Counted from the first letter of the stretch, positions 16,452 to 26,385 are shown. The stretch is DNA of 53,617 bases from Gemmatimonadota bacterium (GCA_039586795.1 JBDHJS010000023.1:1-53617); one strand, 5' to 3'. Notes: a model not told the origin generated them from the sequence alone. Program-made: numbers and translations.

Positions 16452-18185
16452 ATGCGGACGCTGACGGTATTCGCTGCGGCTACGATTCTATCTCTGTCGC
16501 TGGTCACGGAGAACATGTTTGCGACGGTGAACCAGCAAGAGCCGGGTGGTCGCTTCCGAGTGCTGGTTGTGCCGCTCGAGTCGAGCGCTCTGGATAGGAA
16601 GTTTGGCGAGAAGGTGTCCAGGGCTCTGAGCGAACGTCTTGAGGACTTTGCGACGCACGCGCCGATCCCCGAAAGGGAATACAAGAACGCGCTAAGGCGT
16701 TATGAGATCAAGCAGGAAGATCTCAGCAAGATCAAGGCGCGCCAGTTGGGTAATCTGATGGGCGCTCAGGTCGTCTTCTATGGAACGGTCACACAGATGG
16801 CCAACGCCTACGATGTGAACGCGAGTTTCATAGACGTGGCGACGGGCGATGAGGTGGCCGTACCGACGGTATTGATCCAGGGCAAGGATGACGAGTGGGT
16901 CAACCGAGTCGCCGACGCTACGGTATCGGCGTTCGAGGAGCAGGTTCGCTTTCTTCGGGCTCGGGCGTTCTGCGCGGATTACGTTGGAAGTCAGCAGCCC
17001 GAGAACGCGCTGAGGAACTGCAACGAGGCGCTAGCTATCAACCCGGTCAGCATCCCGGCACTGTATAACAAGGGTATGGCCTTCCGACAGCTGTACGAGG
17101 CCGAGCAGGAAACGGGCGCCACCGGTGGAACCAACGGTTGGGCCGACTCTGCCGTGACCTACTTCGAGGATGTTCTGGCGAACAACCCTGGGCACCGCGA
17201 TGCGATGCAGCAGGTCGCCTATATCGCATCTCTGATGGGCGACGCGGAGAAGGCGAGCTCGTACTACAAGCAGTATCTGGAACTGGACCCGGCCAATGTT
17301 CCGGTTCGCCTGACGGTGGCCTACGACATGGGTGAGGCCGGGTTGATGAGCGACGCGATCGAGATCATCCAGGAAGGGCTCGAGTTCACGCCCGGCGATG
17401 AAGATCTGCTACAGGCGCTGGGCGACTACGCGCTGAATTACTCGTCAGAAGATTCCAGCTACGTCGACATCGCACTCGATGCCTACGGTCAGGTCCTGGA
17501 GATCAGGGGCGAGGAGACCGATCAGCGTATCATCGAGAATGCTATCGCGGCGTTCACGATTGCGGGACGCACCGAAGAAGCCATTGATTTCGCCGAGCGA
17601 GCGCTGCAGTCGCATTCGGACAGTCCGCGCCTCTGGTCGCTCTACGCTGACGCGCTGGGTCGCGCCGAGCGCTTCGCCGATGCCGCTGCGGCCGTGGACG
17701 AGGTGATCGCCCTCGACTCTTCGTACCCGCGTGCTTATCTGAAGCGCGGGCAATTCAAGCTCGAAGCCGGAAACACAGAGGGCGCTATCGAGGACTTTAA
17801 CACGGCGATCCAAAGCGGCAGCTCTTCGCAAGATGATGTTTTCAGGATCTTCTGGAGCCGCGCGATCACTGCGCGCCAGTCGGGCAACCTCAGCGGATCG
17901 CTACCGGACTTCCAATACTCCGCTCAGTTTGCGCCCGCCAATGCCCGGCCGGAAGTCGAGTTCTTCTGGGGCTACACCCACTACCAGCTCGGCGAGCGTA
18001 TGGCCGATCCGGAAGATGCGAGTCTGAATCAGCTGCAGCGTGCGCAGCGCCACTTCAATTCGGCTAAAGAGCACTTCCAGCGGGCGGGTAACGTCAGGCC
18101 GGAGGTCTCTCAGCTGATCGACGGCTGCGACACCTGGCTGCTCAACGTCGACGCTCGTATCCGACAGATAGAGCGCGGCGGCTGA
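16452..18185 (+). CDS. Secreted/periplasmic TPR protein with CsgG/TolB-N-like N-terminal domain
   Basis: ATG 16452 follows GGAGG (ORF open from 16416); signal-like MRTLTVFAAATILSLSL; alpha/beta domain (ARQLGNLMGAQVVFYGTV...FIDVATG), then many TPRs. Confidence 0.75.
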   Translation: MRTLTVFAAATILSLSLVTENMFATVNQQEPGGRFRVLVVPLESSALDRKFGEKVSRALSERLEDFATHAPIPEREYKNALRRYEIKQEDLSKIKARQLGNLMGAQVVFYGTVTQMANAYDVNASFIDVATGDEVAVPTVLIQGKDDEWVNRVADATVSAFEEQVRFLRARAFCADYVGSQQPENALRNCNEALAINPVSIPALYNKGMAFRQLYEAEQETGATGGTNGWADSAVTYFEDVLANNPGHRDAMQQVAYIASLMGDAEKASSYYKQYLELDPANVPVRLTVAYDMGEAGLMSDAIEIIQEGLEFTPGDEDLLQALGDYALNYSSEDSSYVDIALDAYGQVLEIRGEETDQRIIENAIAAFTIAGRTEEAIDFAERALQSHSDSPRLWSLYADALGRAERFADAAAAVDEVIALDSSYPRAYLKRGQFKLEAGNTEGAIEDFNTAIQSGSSSQDDVFRIFWSRAITARQSGNLSGSLPDFQYSAQFAPANARPEVEFFWGYTHYQLGERMADPEDASLNQLQRAQRHFNSAKEHFQRAGNVRPEVSQLIDGCDTWLLNVDARIRQIERGG

Positions 18186-18211
18186 CCCTAGCCACAAACC
18201 GTTGTAACCGG

Positions 18212-18240
18212 AAAAGCCCGGGCGCTCGCCCGGGCTTTTT
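18212..18240. terminator. Rho-independent terminator (potentially bidirectional)
   Basis: AAAAGCCCGGGCG-CT-CGCCCGGGCTTTTT: perfect GC stem flanked by A and T tracts. Confidence 0.88.
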
Positions 18241-18336
18241 CTATTGGGAATCGTCTCCACCCCTAAAGCCCCGAATCCCAGACTCCCAGAAGCCCAGAAA
18301 CCCAAGCCCCGAAGGTCTCCCGAAGACAGGAAATAC

Positions 18337-18365
18337 TTGACGAAGTGGGGAACGCGTCTTAGCTT
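18337..18365 (+). promoter_or_regulatory. dcw (Pmra) sigma70 promoter
   Basis: TTGACG (18337-18342), 17-nt spacer, TAGCTT (18360-18365), upstream of mraZ. Confidence 0.7.
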
Positions 18366-18400
18366 GGGGCGTGAAGTGGGGAGAAGTGGGGGCAAGTGTG
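18343..18400 (+). promoter_or_regulatory. MraZ-binding direct repeats
   Basis: AAGTGGGG in the promoter spacer, plus AAGTGGG/AAGTGGG/AAGTGTG with 10-bp period (GTG at 18376, 18386, 18396), matching known MraZ GTGG-type operator arrays. Confidence 0.82.
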
Positions 18401-18466
18401 TAGTGCGCCCACGCCAGTGCTCGGACCCGCTACCGAGACATTCAACACAGCCTGCCGGGAGAACAG

Positions 18467-18901
18467 ATGACCGGCTTCTTGGGAAGCTTTCTTCATCAGC
18501 TGGATGAGAAGGGCCGACTCGCCCTGCCGGCCGCGTTCAGACGCAGCGCTGGGGAGGAAGAGCGGTTCGTTCTGATTCACGCCCAAGAGCCAGCCCTGTT
18601 CCTGTATCCGGCCCGAGCCTGGGCGAGCGTCGAGGAGCAGCTGATGGATCTGCTGCGACGACAGCCGGAATCCCGCGGTCTGGTTCTCAGTCTCACGGCG
18701 AACGCGTTGGAGACGATACCGGACAAGCAGGGCCGGATCCTGATACCGGAGCGGCTTCAGGAAGCGGCCCAGCTGGACAGCGAGGCTCTGATCGTTGGCG
18801 CGCTGGAGAAGATAGAAATCTGGAATCCTGGTGTGTTCGACAGCACGACACGGGATGCCAAGCCTGAACTGGAGAAGTTTGTTCGTCAAATAATCGTCTG
18901 A
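18467..18901 (+). CDS. mraZ: Transcriptional regulator MraZ
   Basis: Two SpoVT/AbrB repeats: LDEKGRLALPA and PDKQGRILIP; IEIWN. Confidence 0.96.
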   Translation: MTGFLGSFLHQLDEKGRLALPAAFRRSAGEEERFVLIHAQEPALFLYPARAWASVEEQLMDLLRRQPESRGLVLSLTANALETIPDKQGRILIPERLQEAAQLDSEALIVGALEKIEIWNPGVFDSTTRDAKPELEKFVRQIIV

Positions 18902-18916
18902 CAGGAGAACGGGGTG

Positions 18917-19198
18917 GGGCGGTGACGGTCGAGGTGGCGATGCGGACAGTGGGGAATCGGGTGGCCCGGAGAGGTCCGGCATCGATCGTCACCGGCCCAA
19001 TGGCTTCGGGACGGTGGACAGGTGGCAGGGGGAGGGCTGGTGTGGACCTAGGGGTAGGGCAAGGCCGTCTGTCCACCGTCTCTGTATTGATGGGAGTCGG
19101 GAATCGGAATTGTCGAAGAGAATTCGGAGAATCCCTCGATCGGGGATTTTGGAGGTCGAGAGATTCGTTCGTCGAATCGGACCTGAACGAGATTTCGA
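18917..19198 (+). other. Structured mraZ-rsmH intergenic element (several hairpins)
   Basis: Stem 18921-18932/18982-18993 and a 19-bp stem 19008-19026/19064-19082, both with G-U pairs; smaller hairpins at about 19128-19150 and 19156-19198. Confidence 0.5.
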
Positions 19199-19200
19199 AC

Positions 19201-20127
19201 TTGGGTGATCGTGCCTTTCACGAGCCGGCGATGTTGGAGGAGGTGCTGAGCGCGCTGGAGTTGGAGCGCGGCGGCGTATTCTTTGACGGCACGCTAGGTG
19301 GAGGGGGGCACGCGGAAGCGATTCTTACAGCGCATGAGGATGTGCGACTGTTGGCGACGGATCGCGACGCTGAGGCGCTGGAGCGAGCCAGGGAACGGCT
19401 CGAGCGGTTCGGCGATCGTGTTCAGCTACAAAGAGGAGACTACGCGGACTTTGAGCAGTTGTACGATCTGGGGGAGGGCGCATTGGCTGGAGTACTGTTG
19501 GACCTGGGGGTGTCCTCCCACCAGATCGATTCTCTAGAGCGCGGCTTCTCGTTCCGGACCGGTTCGTCGTTGGACATGCGGATGTCGGGTGAAGGCGCGA
19601 GTGCCGCCGATTTGCTGGCGACGTTGTCTGTCGAAGAGCTGACGACGGTGTTCCGCGACTTCGGCGAAGTGAAGCGGGCGCGTCGGCTGGCGTCGGAGAT
19701 CGCGACCCGTCGAGAGCAGGCACCGCTGCTTACAAGCGATGATCTGCTGAGCGTAGTGGAGAAACTCAAGGGTCGCGCTGTCCCTGCTTCCGAGGCTGCT
19801 CCGGTCTTTCAGGCGCTTCGGATTGCCGTGAACGGGGAACTCGACTCACTGGAACGAGCGCTGCCTGCTCTCCGTGATCTCCTGGCGCCAGGCGGCCGCA
19901 TGGTCGTTATCGCCTATCACTCGCTGGAGGACCGCATCGTGAAGCGCGCGTTCCGTGAGTGGAGTCGGGAATGCGTCTGTCCGCCGGATCTTCCCGAATG
20001 CAGGTGCCGGGGTCGTGCGCTCGGTTGGGAAGTCGAGCGGCGGCCGCTTCGTCCCACAACGGAAGAGACGGACCGGAACCCGCGGGCGCGGAGCGCGCGA
20101 CTGCGTGTATGGGAGCGGGGCGAATGA
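19201..20127 (+). CDS. rsmH: 16S rRNA m4C1402 methyltransferase RsmH (MraW)
   Basis: FHEPAMLEEV, DGTLGGGGHA, DLGVSSHQID, LDMRM, FQALRIAVNGEL, YHSLEDRIVK, NPRARSARLR. TTG 19201 start inferred (ORF open from 18922). Confidence 0.95.
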   Translation: MGDRAFHEPAMLEEVLSALELERGGVFFDGTLGGGGHAEAILTAHEDVRLLATDRDAEALERARERLERFGDRVQLQRGDYADFEQLYDLGEGALAGVLLDLGVSSHQIDSLERGFSFRTGSSLDMRMSGEGASAADLLATLSVEELTTVFRDFGEVKRARRLASEIATRREQAPLLTSDDLLSVVEKLKGRAVPASEAAPVFQALRIAVNGELDSLERALPALRDLLAPGGRMVVIAYHSLEDRIVKRAFREWSRECVCPPDLPECRCRGRALGWEVERRPLRPTTEETDRNPRARSARLRVWERGE

Positions 20128-20423
20128 GGCTTCGGGGTATCGTGACCGCGTCTTCGGCCATGCTACTGCTGGCCGGCATGTTCGTCGCCGTTCATCGGGG
20201 CACGAGAGGTCGCCAGATCGAAGAGCGCATCAAGAGTCTGGCCGAGCATCGCGAACTGGCGGAAACGAGCAAGGCCGAGCTGGGACAGCAGGTTGCGTAT
20301 CTCGGCAGTCGGCCGCGGGTCGAGCGTGCGGCGCAAGAGCTTGGAATGCACATGCCGGAGGGTGACGAGCTGGTCTACCTATTCATCGGCGGCGTGCCGA
20401 CGGCGATGGGAGGCTCTCCGTGA
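20124..20423 (+). CDS. ftsL: Cell division protein FtsL
   Basis: Short TM plus coiled coil ending YLGSRPRVERAAQELGMHMP; lies between rsmH and ftsI; ATGA overlap. Confidence 0.8.
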   Translation: MRLRGIVTASSAMLLLAGMFVAVHRGTRGRQIEERIKSLAEHRELAETSKAELGQQVAYLGSRPRVERAAQELGMHMPEGDELVYLFIGGVPTAMGGSP

Positions 20424-22453
20424 GGGCTGAAGCTCGGCAGGCACGGCGTCGCCACCTGAGGCACGGCCTTCTGCAGCTGTCGCTGCTGCTGGCGGTTGCC
20501 GGCGTCCTTGGGCGCGCCTTCCAGCTGCAGGTAGTGCGTGGTTCGGATTTTCGGCAAGCCGCTCTGGACCAGCACCAGCGAAGGGCGCCGTTACCGGCTC
20601 CTCGAGGAACGATCTATGACCGCGAAGGTCGTGTTCTGGCTATCGGCCGCACGACGTATCAGATCTCGGTCGCGACGAACGAGCTCCAGAACAGGGAAGA
20701 GGCAGCTCGCATTCTGCGCGAGGTTCTCGATGTCGATCCAGACGTCGCCCGCGAAGTAGCGCGCGGCGAGGATCGACGATGGATCCCACTGCGCGGACAC
20801 CACACCGCCGTGCAGAAAGAGATCCTGGAAGAGCGCATCGGTCGCGGCGTACATGCCACGCGTTTCGTCGATCGCTTTTACCCGTACGGCCAACTTGCTG
20901 CCGAGATCATCGGCCGCGTCGATACCGACGGACACGGCCAGAGCGGAATCGAGCTCACATTCGATTCTTTGTTGGCCGGGCAACCGGGAGTAGCGCTCGA
21001 GCGGAGGTTAGCCACAGGTGCGTCCGCTTTTTGGGTGCAAGAAGATTACGTGCGCCCGACAGCCGGTGGCGACATCTACCTGACTATAGATGCAGAGATG
21101 CAGGAGATTGCCGAGTCTGTGCTCGAGGATGCAGTGACGACCTCGGGCGCCGAGGGCGGCGATCTCATAGTGATCGATCCAAGCACAGGCGAACTGCTGG
21201 CGGCGGCGAGCCGGCGCGTGGGGCAACCCTCGCACCTGGCACACCTGGCGGCGGTGACTGAACCCTACGAGGCTGGCTCCACGCTCAAACCTTTCACGAC
21301 AGCGGCTCTTCTGACGGAGGGTTTAGCGGAACTCTCCGACAGCGTCGACACGGGCGTTGGGCTGTACCACACCGCGGGACGAACGATACACGACGAAACT
21401 CCCCACGGCCGGCTGAGCCTGGCGCAAACGCTCACTGTCTCGAGCAATGTGGGTATGGCGATGTTTGCCGAGCGGTTGCCCAAGAGCGTCCAGTTCAGCT
21501 ATCTGCGCAACTTCGGCTTCGGAACACCCACCGGACTGGCGTACCCCTCTGAATCCCCTGGAACTCTTCGTCGTCCTGCGGAGTGGTCAGCCCAGAGCCG
21601 CGCCTCGCTAGCTATCGGCTACGAGGTTGCCGTCACACCGCTGCAGTTGGTGATGGCTTACGGCGCGATCGCGAACGGCGGCGTCCTCATGCGACCGAGC
21701 GTCGTCCGCGAAGCGCGCGGTCAAGATGGAAGTGTTCGCTGGAAGAAGCGACCGGTACGCATTCGGCGCGTCATTCCAGATGAAATAGCATCTGAGCTTC
21801 GGGCCGTGCTTGCGAATGCAGTCACGGAAGGAACGGGAAGGGGCGCGTTTGTCAGAGGCCTGAGCGTTGCTGGTAAGACTGGCACTGCATGGCGCTTTGA
21901 CAGCGAGCTCGGCTATTCGGGCGGCGACTACACAGCATCGTTCGTTGGCCTGATCCCGGCCGAAGAGCCGGAGCTTGTCATACTTGTGAAGCTCGACAAA
22001 CCGAGTGGTGCGTACTACGGGGGCGCGACTGCTGCACCGGTCATGCGCTCAGCCGTACGTGCTGCTCTTGCGGGAAGCCACTGGTCGGCGCCGCCGCTGA
22101 TGGGGGAGCCGGAGATTCCGGACAAACAGGCGGGAGTAACAGCGGGTCAGGCGCCGTCTGGTGGCCCTTATGTGTTTGCTCTTGATACGCCGTTGCTGAG
22201 AACGCAGGGCGAAAACGATCGCCGGCTGCTCGATGATCGAGCGGTGGTGCCCGACGTGACGGGTCTATCACTGAGGGCCGCTGCGCAGCGTCTTCACGAG
22301 ACGGGGTGGCGTGTCGTTGTGCAGGGAGGTGGCCGTGTCGTCTCAACACAACCTCCAGTGGGTACACGGCTTCGTGCCGGAGAACCGGTGGTCCTGGTCG
22401 GCAGCGGCCGCGGCCCACCGAATGACTCCGGAGAGGGATCGGCTGAACAGTGA
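20420..22453 (+). CDS. ftsI: Class B penicillin-binding protein FtsI with C-terminal PASTA domain
   Basis: RGTIYDR, SxxK (GSTLKP), SxN (SSNVG), KTG (GKTGTA); PASTA VPDVTGLSLRAAAQRL...QPPVG. Confidence 0.93.
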   Translation: MRAEARQARRRHLRHGLLQLSLLLAVAGVLGRAFQLQVVRGSDFRQAALDQHQRRAPLPAPRGTIYDREGRVLAIGRTTYQISVATNELQNREEAARILREVLDVDPDVAREVARGEDRRWIPLRGHHTAVQKEILEERIGRGVHATRFVDRFYPYGQLAAEIIGRVDTDGHGQSGIELTFDSLLAGQPGVALERRLATGASAFWVQEDYVRPTAGGDIYLTIDAEMQEIAESVLEDAVTTSGAEGGDLIVIDPSTGELLAAASRRVGQPSHLAHLAAVTEPYEAGSTLKPFTTAALLTEGLAELSDSVDTGVGLYHTAGRTIHDETPHGRLSLAQTLTVSSNVGMAMFAERLPKSVQFSYLRNFGFGTPTGLAYPSESPGTLRRPAEWSAQSRASLAIGYEVAVTPLQLVMAYGAIANGGVLMRPSVVREARGQDGSVRWKKRPVRIRRVIPDEIASELRAVLANAVTEGTGRGAFVRGLSVAGKTGTAWRFDSELGYSGGDYTASFVGLIPAEEPELVILVKLDKPSGAYYGGATAAPVMRSAVRAALAGSHWSAPPLMGEPEIPDKQAGVTAGQAPSGGPYVFALDTPLLRTQGENDRRLLDDRAVVPDVTGLSLRAAAQRLHETGWRVVVQGGGRVVSTQPPVGTRLRAGEPVVLVGSGRGPPNDSGEGSAEQ

Positions 22454-23910
22454 TTCCAATCCGCGATATACTCGCCCGCTTGGAGTCACTTGGACTCCTA
22501 GACTCGACCGGCCCGGATATCGATCTCGCGATCACTGGCGTCACAGACGACTCGCGAGAGATCCGGGCCGGCGACTTGTTTGTCGCCATAAAGGGCAGCT
22601 TAGACGACGGTCACAGACATCTGAAGGACGCGGCTGAGGCAGGGGCGGCGGCGGCGTTACTCGAGACTCCAAGCCCCGATCTGAACCTGCCTCAGTTCCG
22701 CGTCCGTGACGGACGACGCGCCGCGGCGATCGCGGCGTCTGTCATGTTTGGCGACCCCGGTCAACGCCTGTCGCTCGTCGGAGTAACCGGCACCAACGGC
22801 AAGACGACCACGGTGCACATCGCTCGGCACCTCCTGTCCCGAGAGATGCCGACGGCGTCGATAGGCACGCTTGGCGTCGTTGATGCCGCCGGCAACAAGG
22901 AGGAGACCCAGCTGACGACTCCCGGCCCGATCGAGTTTCATCGCCGACTGGCGGGGCTCGAGGCATCGGGAGCCGAATGCGTGGTAGCCGAGGTGTCGTC
23001 GCATGCGCTCTCGCAGAGCCGGGTCGAAGGGGCGGCGTTCAACGTCGGCGTCTTCACGAATTTGAGTCGCGACCACCTTGACTACCATACGGATTTTGAG
23101 GAGTACAAGTCGATCAAGCGGCGGCTAGCCGAACTGGTAGATCCGGAAGGGACGTTGGTCGTCAACTCCGACGAGCCGGCGTGGGACGACCTTCCGGGCG
23201 ATCGGCGACGCATACGCTTCGGCCTGGAGACAGATGCCGACTATACGGCTCGAGATGTAGAGCTGGAGCCGGGCGGCTCGAGTTGGAAGCTGGTTGCGCC
23301 GGATGAAGTCATCGAAGTGAAGCTGCCGCTCTCCGGGAAGTTTAACGTTTCTAACGCGCTCGCGGCGGTGGGCATCGGCGCGGCCTTCGACCTTGATATC
23401 GGCACCATGGCGGACGCGCTCACGACGGTCCCTGCGGTCCCCGGAAGACTCGAAGTCATCGCGATCGCGCCGCTGGTTTTGCGAGACTACGCGCATACCC
23501 CGGACGCATTGCGACGCGCGCTTTCCGCGCTGCGACCGTTCGTGAAAGGGCGGTTGATCGTGGTGTTCGGATGTGGCGGAGACCGAGATCCGGGTAAGCG
23601 CCCCCTGATGGGGCAGGCCGCCGCCAAGGGCGCCGACTATTCGATCGTCACATCCGACAACCCACGCAAGGAGCCGCCGGAGGCGATCATCGAGGGCATC
23701 CTTCCCGGCGTCGGCAACGCGAAGCACGAGGTCATCGTCGATCGTCGGCAAGCGATCGCTCGTTCGCTCGACTTGGCGGGGGACGATGATGCAGTCCTGC
23801 TGGCTGGTAAGGGACACGAAGACTACCAGGTGATCGGTGAAACGAAGCGGCCTTTCGATGAGGCGGTCATCGTGAGCGAACTGCTCGCAGAGCGTCGGGG
23901 GAGCGAGTGA
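22450..23910 (+). CDS. murE: UDP-MurNAc-tripeptide ligase MurE (meso-DAP type)
   Basis: GVTGTNGKTT, EVSSHAL, FTNLSRDHLDYH, DYAHTPDA, DNPR specificity motif, AGKGHE. Confidence 0.96.
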   Translation: MIPIRDILARLESLGLLDSTGPDIDLAITGVTDDSREIRAGDLFVAIKGSLDDGHRHLKDAAEAGAAAALLETPSPDLNLPQFRVRDGRRAAAIAASVMFGDPGQRLSLVGVTGTNGKTTTVHIARHLLSREMPTASIGTLGVVDAAGNKEETQLTTPGPIEFHRRLAGLEASGAECVVAEVSSHALSQSRVEGAAFNVGVFTNLSRDHLDYHTDFEEYKSIKRRLAELVDPEGTLVVNSDEPAWDDLPGDRRRIRFGLETDADYTARDVELEPGGSSWKLVAPDEVIEVKLPLSGKFNVSNALAAVGIGAAFDLDIGTMADALTTVPAVPGRLEVIAIAPLVLRDYAHTPDALRRALSALRPFVKGRLIVVFGCGGDRDPGKRPLMGQAAAKGADYSIVTSDNPRKEPPEAIIEGILPGVGNAKHEVIVDRRQAIARSLDLAGDDDAVLLAGKGHEDYQVIGETKRPFDEAVIVSELLAERRGSE

Positions 23911-25268
23911 TGTCCCGCTTCCAGTGGAACAGCGAGACCGTCCGTACGGCCCTCGAACTCGAACCGACAGGCTCTACAAGTCGGGTCTATTCCGGCGTTT
24001 CCACTGACACGCGGACGCTGAAGCCCGGCGAGCTATTCGTCGCCCTCAGCGGGGAGCGGTTCGACGGAACGCGTTTTCTCGGCGCGGCGGTCGATGCTGG
24101 AGCAGCGGGCGCTGTGGTCGGGTCATCGGTAGAGAACCTGCCGGAGGATTTCGAGACTTTCGTCGTGCCGGACGCGCTGGCCGCGCTGGGCAAGCTGGCA
24201 GCGGCGCGACGCCTGGCGCTGAACCCAACGGTAGTCGCGATAACCGGAACGAGCGGCAAGACGACGACGCGCGACCTGGCGGCTGCTGCCTTGGGCGGCG
24301 ATGTCTACGCCAGCCCGGGCAACTTCAACAATCTGGTCGGAACACCGCTGTCGATTCTGGCGGCGCCCGAGGAATCTCGAACCTGGGTACTGGAAGTGGC
24401 ATCCAACCAACCCGGCGAGATAGCGACGCTGGGTCGTGTCGCGCAGCCCGACGTCGCCGTTATCACGTCGGTCAGCGAGGGTCATCTCGAGGGACTGAGG
24501 GATCTGGAAGGAGTCCTCCGCGAGAAGCTGTCGCTTCTGCCGGAGCTGCGAAATGGAGGCCGCGCAATCGTTGCCGATCAGCCGGATTCGCTCGTCACTG
24601 GAGCGCGGGATTTGTGGCCGGATGTGCAGACGGTCGGGCTCGGCGACACAGCGGACGAACGGCCGGAAAGTTGGTCCATGACAGAGGCTGGCGCCTTCTG
24701 GCGCTGGCGCGGCGTCGATTTCGAGCTGAAAGGATTCGGGTCGCATCTCATCCGCGACGCGCTCTTCGCCTGCGTTGTTGCGCATCTCCTGGGTGTCGAA
24801 CCGGTAGATGCGGCCCGACGTATTCGAGATGTGGTACTGCCGCCGATGAGGGGAGAGGTTAGGCGGCTCGACGGTCTAACTCTGCTTATTGATTGCTACA
24901 ACGCGAACCCGGCGTCGTTTCGTGCGGCGATCGATGCGCTGGAGGCGTTGGCCGCCGGCCGCCGACGGGCCGTTTTGGCCGGCACCATGTTGGAGCTCGG
25001 TGAACGATCTCAGGCGCTGCACGAAGAGGTAGCGTGCTTGATGGTGGACCAGGGCATTGAGATCATCGCCGGGGTTGGAGCATTCAGAGGAGCGTTTTCC
25101 GAGTGCACGCGAGAGGATCTGATCCTAAAGGATGAGCTGGAGGCAGCCTATCAGGAGCTCGCCAGTCGGCTCGAGGGTGATGAGGCTGTGCTGATCAAGG
25201 CCTCCCGAGGGATGAAGTTCGAGCGCGCGATTCCGATGTTCGAGCGCGATTTCGGCGCGAAGAGTTAG
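23907..25268 (+). CDS. murF: UDP-MurNAc-pentapeptide ligase MurF
   Basis: ITGTSGKTTT, NFNNLVGTP, DCYNANPAS, GTMLELG, IKASRGM. Confidence 0.95.
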   Translation: MMSRFQWNSETVRTALELEPTGSTSRVYSGVSTDTRTLKPGELFVALSGERFDGTRFLGAAVDAGAAGAVVGSSVENLPEDFETFVVPDALAALGKLAAARRLALNPTVVAITGTSGKTTTRDLAAAALGGDVYASPGNFNNLVGTPLSILAAPEESRTWVLEVASNQPGEIATLGRVAQPDVAVITSVSEGHLEGLRDLEGVLREKLSLLPELRNGGRAIVADQPDSLVTGARDLWPDVQTVGLGDTADERPESWSMTEAGAFWRWRGVDFELKGFGSHLIRDALFACVVAHLLGVEPVDAARRIRDVVLPPMRGEVRRLDGLTLLIDCYNANPASFRAAIDALEALAAGRRRAVLAGTMLELGERSQALHEEVACLMVDQGIEIIAGVGAFRGAFSECTREDLILKDELEAAYQELASRLEGDEAVLIKASRGMKFERAIPMFERDFGAKS

Positions 25269-25278
25269 CGAGGGAAGA

Positions 25279-26385
25279 GTGCTCTACGAGTTTCTGTTTC
25301 CACTAGCTGACACGCACATCGTCTTCAACCTGTTCCAGTACATTACGTTCAGGGCGGGCGGAGCTATGGTTACGGCTCTGCTGATCGCCTTCCTGTCCGG
25401 GCCTCCTATTCTGCGGTGGCTGCGCAAGCGGGGCGTCGGCCAGGTGATCAGGCTCGATGGCCCGCACGCGCATCTGGCGAAGGCCGGCACGCCCACAATG
25501 GGTGGCTTGATCATACTCGCTGCAGTACTGATCCCGACCGTGTTATGGGCGCGACTCGATAACTCATACGTACTCATCGCGCTCGGCATCACCGCGGGCA
25601 TGGGACTGCTGGGCTTCATAGATGACTATCTGAAAGTCGTTCAGCGCGAGTCCCGTGGACTCGTGGCCCGCAACAAGCTCATCGGGCAATTCATACTTGG
25701 GCTGGCGCTCGGGTTCGTGCTTTGGCGCTTCCCGCTCAGCGATTACCCCGTCAACCACACGATGTTGCCCTTCTTCAAGGAATGGCGGCTCGTGATCTGG
25801 GCACCGTTCTTCATCCCGTTCGTGGCCATAGTCGTGAGCGGCAGCGCGAACGCGGTGAACCTGACGGATGGCCTGGACGGCCTGGCCGCCGGACTGGCCG
25901 CGATCGCCGGAACGACCTTCGGTCTGTTCGCCTATCTGATCGGCCGCGTCGACGCTTCCTACTACCTGGGCCTGTTCTATCTCCCCGGCGTCGGTGAGCT
26001 GTCGGTCTTCTGCGCCGCGCTGGCCGGCGGTGCGCTCGGCTTCCTGTGGTTCAACAGTCACCCGGCGGACGTCTTCATGGGCGACACGGGCTCGCTCGCT
26101 CTGGGCGGCGCGCTCGGCGCGGTGGCCGTGCTGATCAAGGGCGAGTTCTTGCTGTTGATCATCGGGGCGGTGTTCGTGTTGGAAGCCCTGTCGGTGATCA
26201 TGCAAACCAGCTGGTTCAAGTACACGCGAAGGAGGTATGGGGAAGGGCGGCGAGTCTTCCGCATGGCACCTCTGCACCACCACTTCGAACAGCTCGGCTG
26301 GGCGGAGTCGAAAGTCGTTGTTCGCTTCTGGATAGCTGGGGTGCTCAGCGCGCTTATCGCGCTCAGCACTTTGAAGGTGCGGTGA
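25279..26385 (+). CDS. mraY: Phospho-MurNAc-pentapeptide transferase MraY
   Basis: GTPTMGG, GFIDDYLK, NAVNLTDGLDGLA, FMGDTGSLALG, MAPLHHHFE. Confidence 0.97.
   Translation: MLYEFLFPLADTHIVFNLFQYITFRAGGAMVTALLIAFLSGPPILRWLRKRGVGQVIRLDGPHAHLAKAGTPTMGGLIILAAVLIPTVLWARLDNSYVLIALGITAGMGLLGFIDDYLKVVQRESRGLVARNKLIGQFILGLALGFVLWRFPLSDYPVNHTMLPFFKEWRLVIWAPFFIPFVAIVVSGSANAVNLTDGLDGLAAGLAAIAGTTFGLFAYLIGRVDASYYLGLFYLPGVGELSVFCAALAGGALGFLWFNSHPADVFMGDTGSLALGGALGAVAVLIKGEFLLLIIGAVFVLEALSVIMQTSWFKYTRRRYGEGRRVFRMAPLHHHFEQLGWAESKVVVRFWIAGVLSALIALSTLKVR

Noticed and set aside
18255..18400. Possible CRISPR or mini-array in the short repeats upstream of mraZ
   Set aside because: Units are 7-10 nt with no unique spacers and there are no cas genes; the downstream set is explained by MraZ boxes.
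18922..19200. 93-aa N-terminal extension of RsmH suggested by the ORF track
   Set aside because: Gly/Arg-rich, low-complexity translation of a G-rich hairpin region; RsmH homology begins at about 19201 (FHEP).
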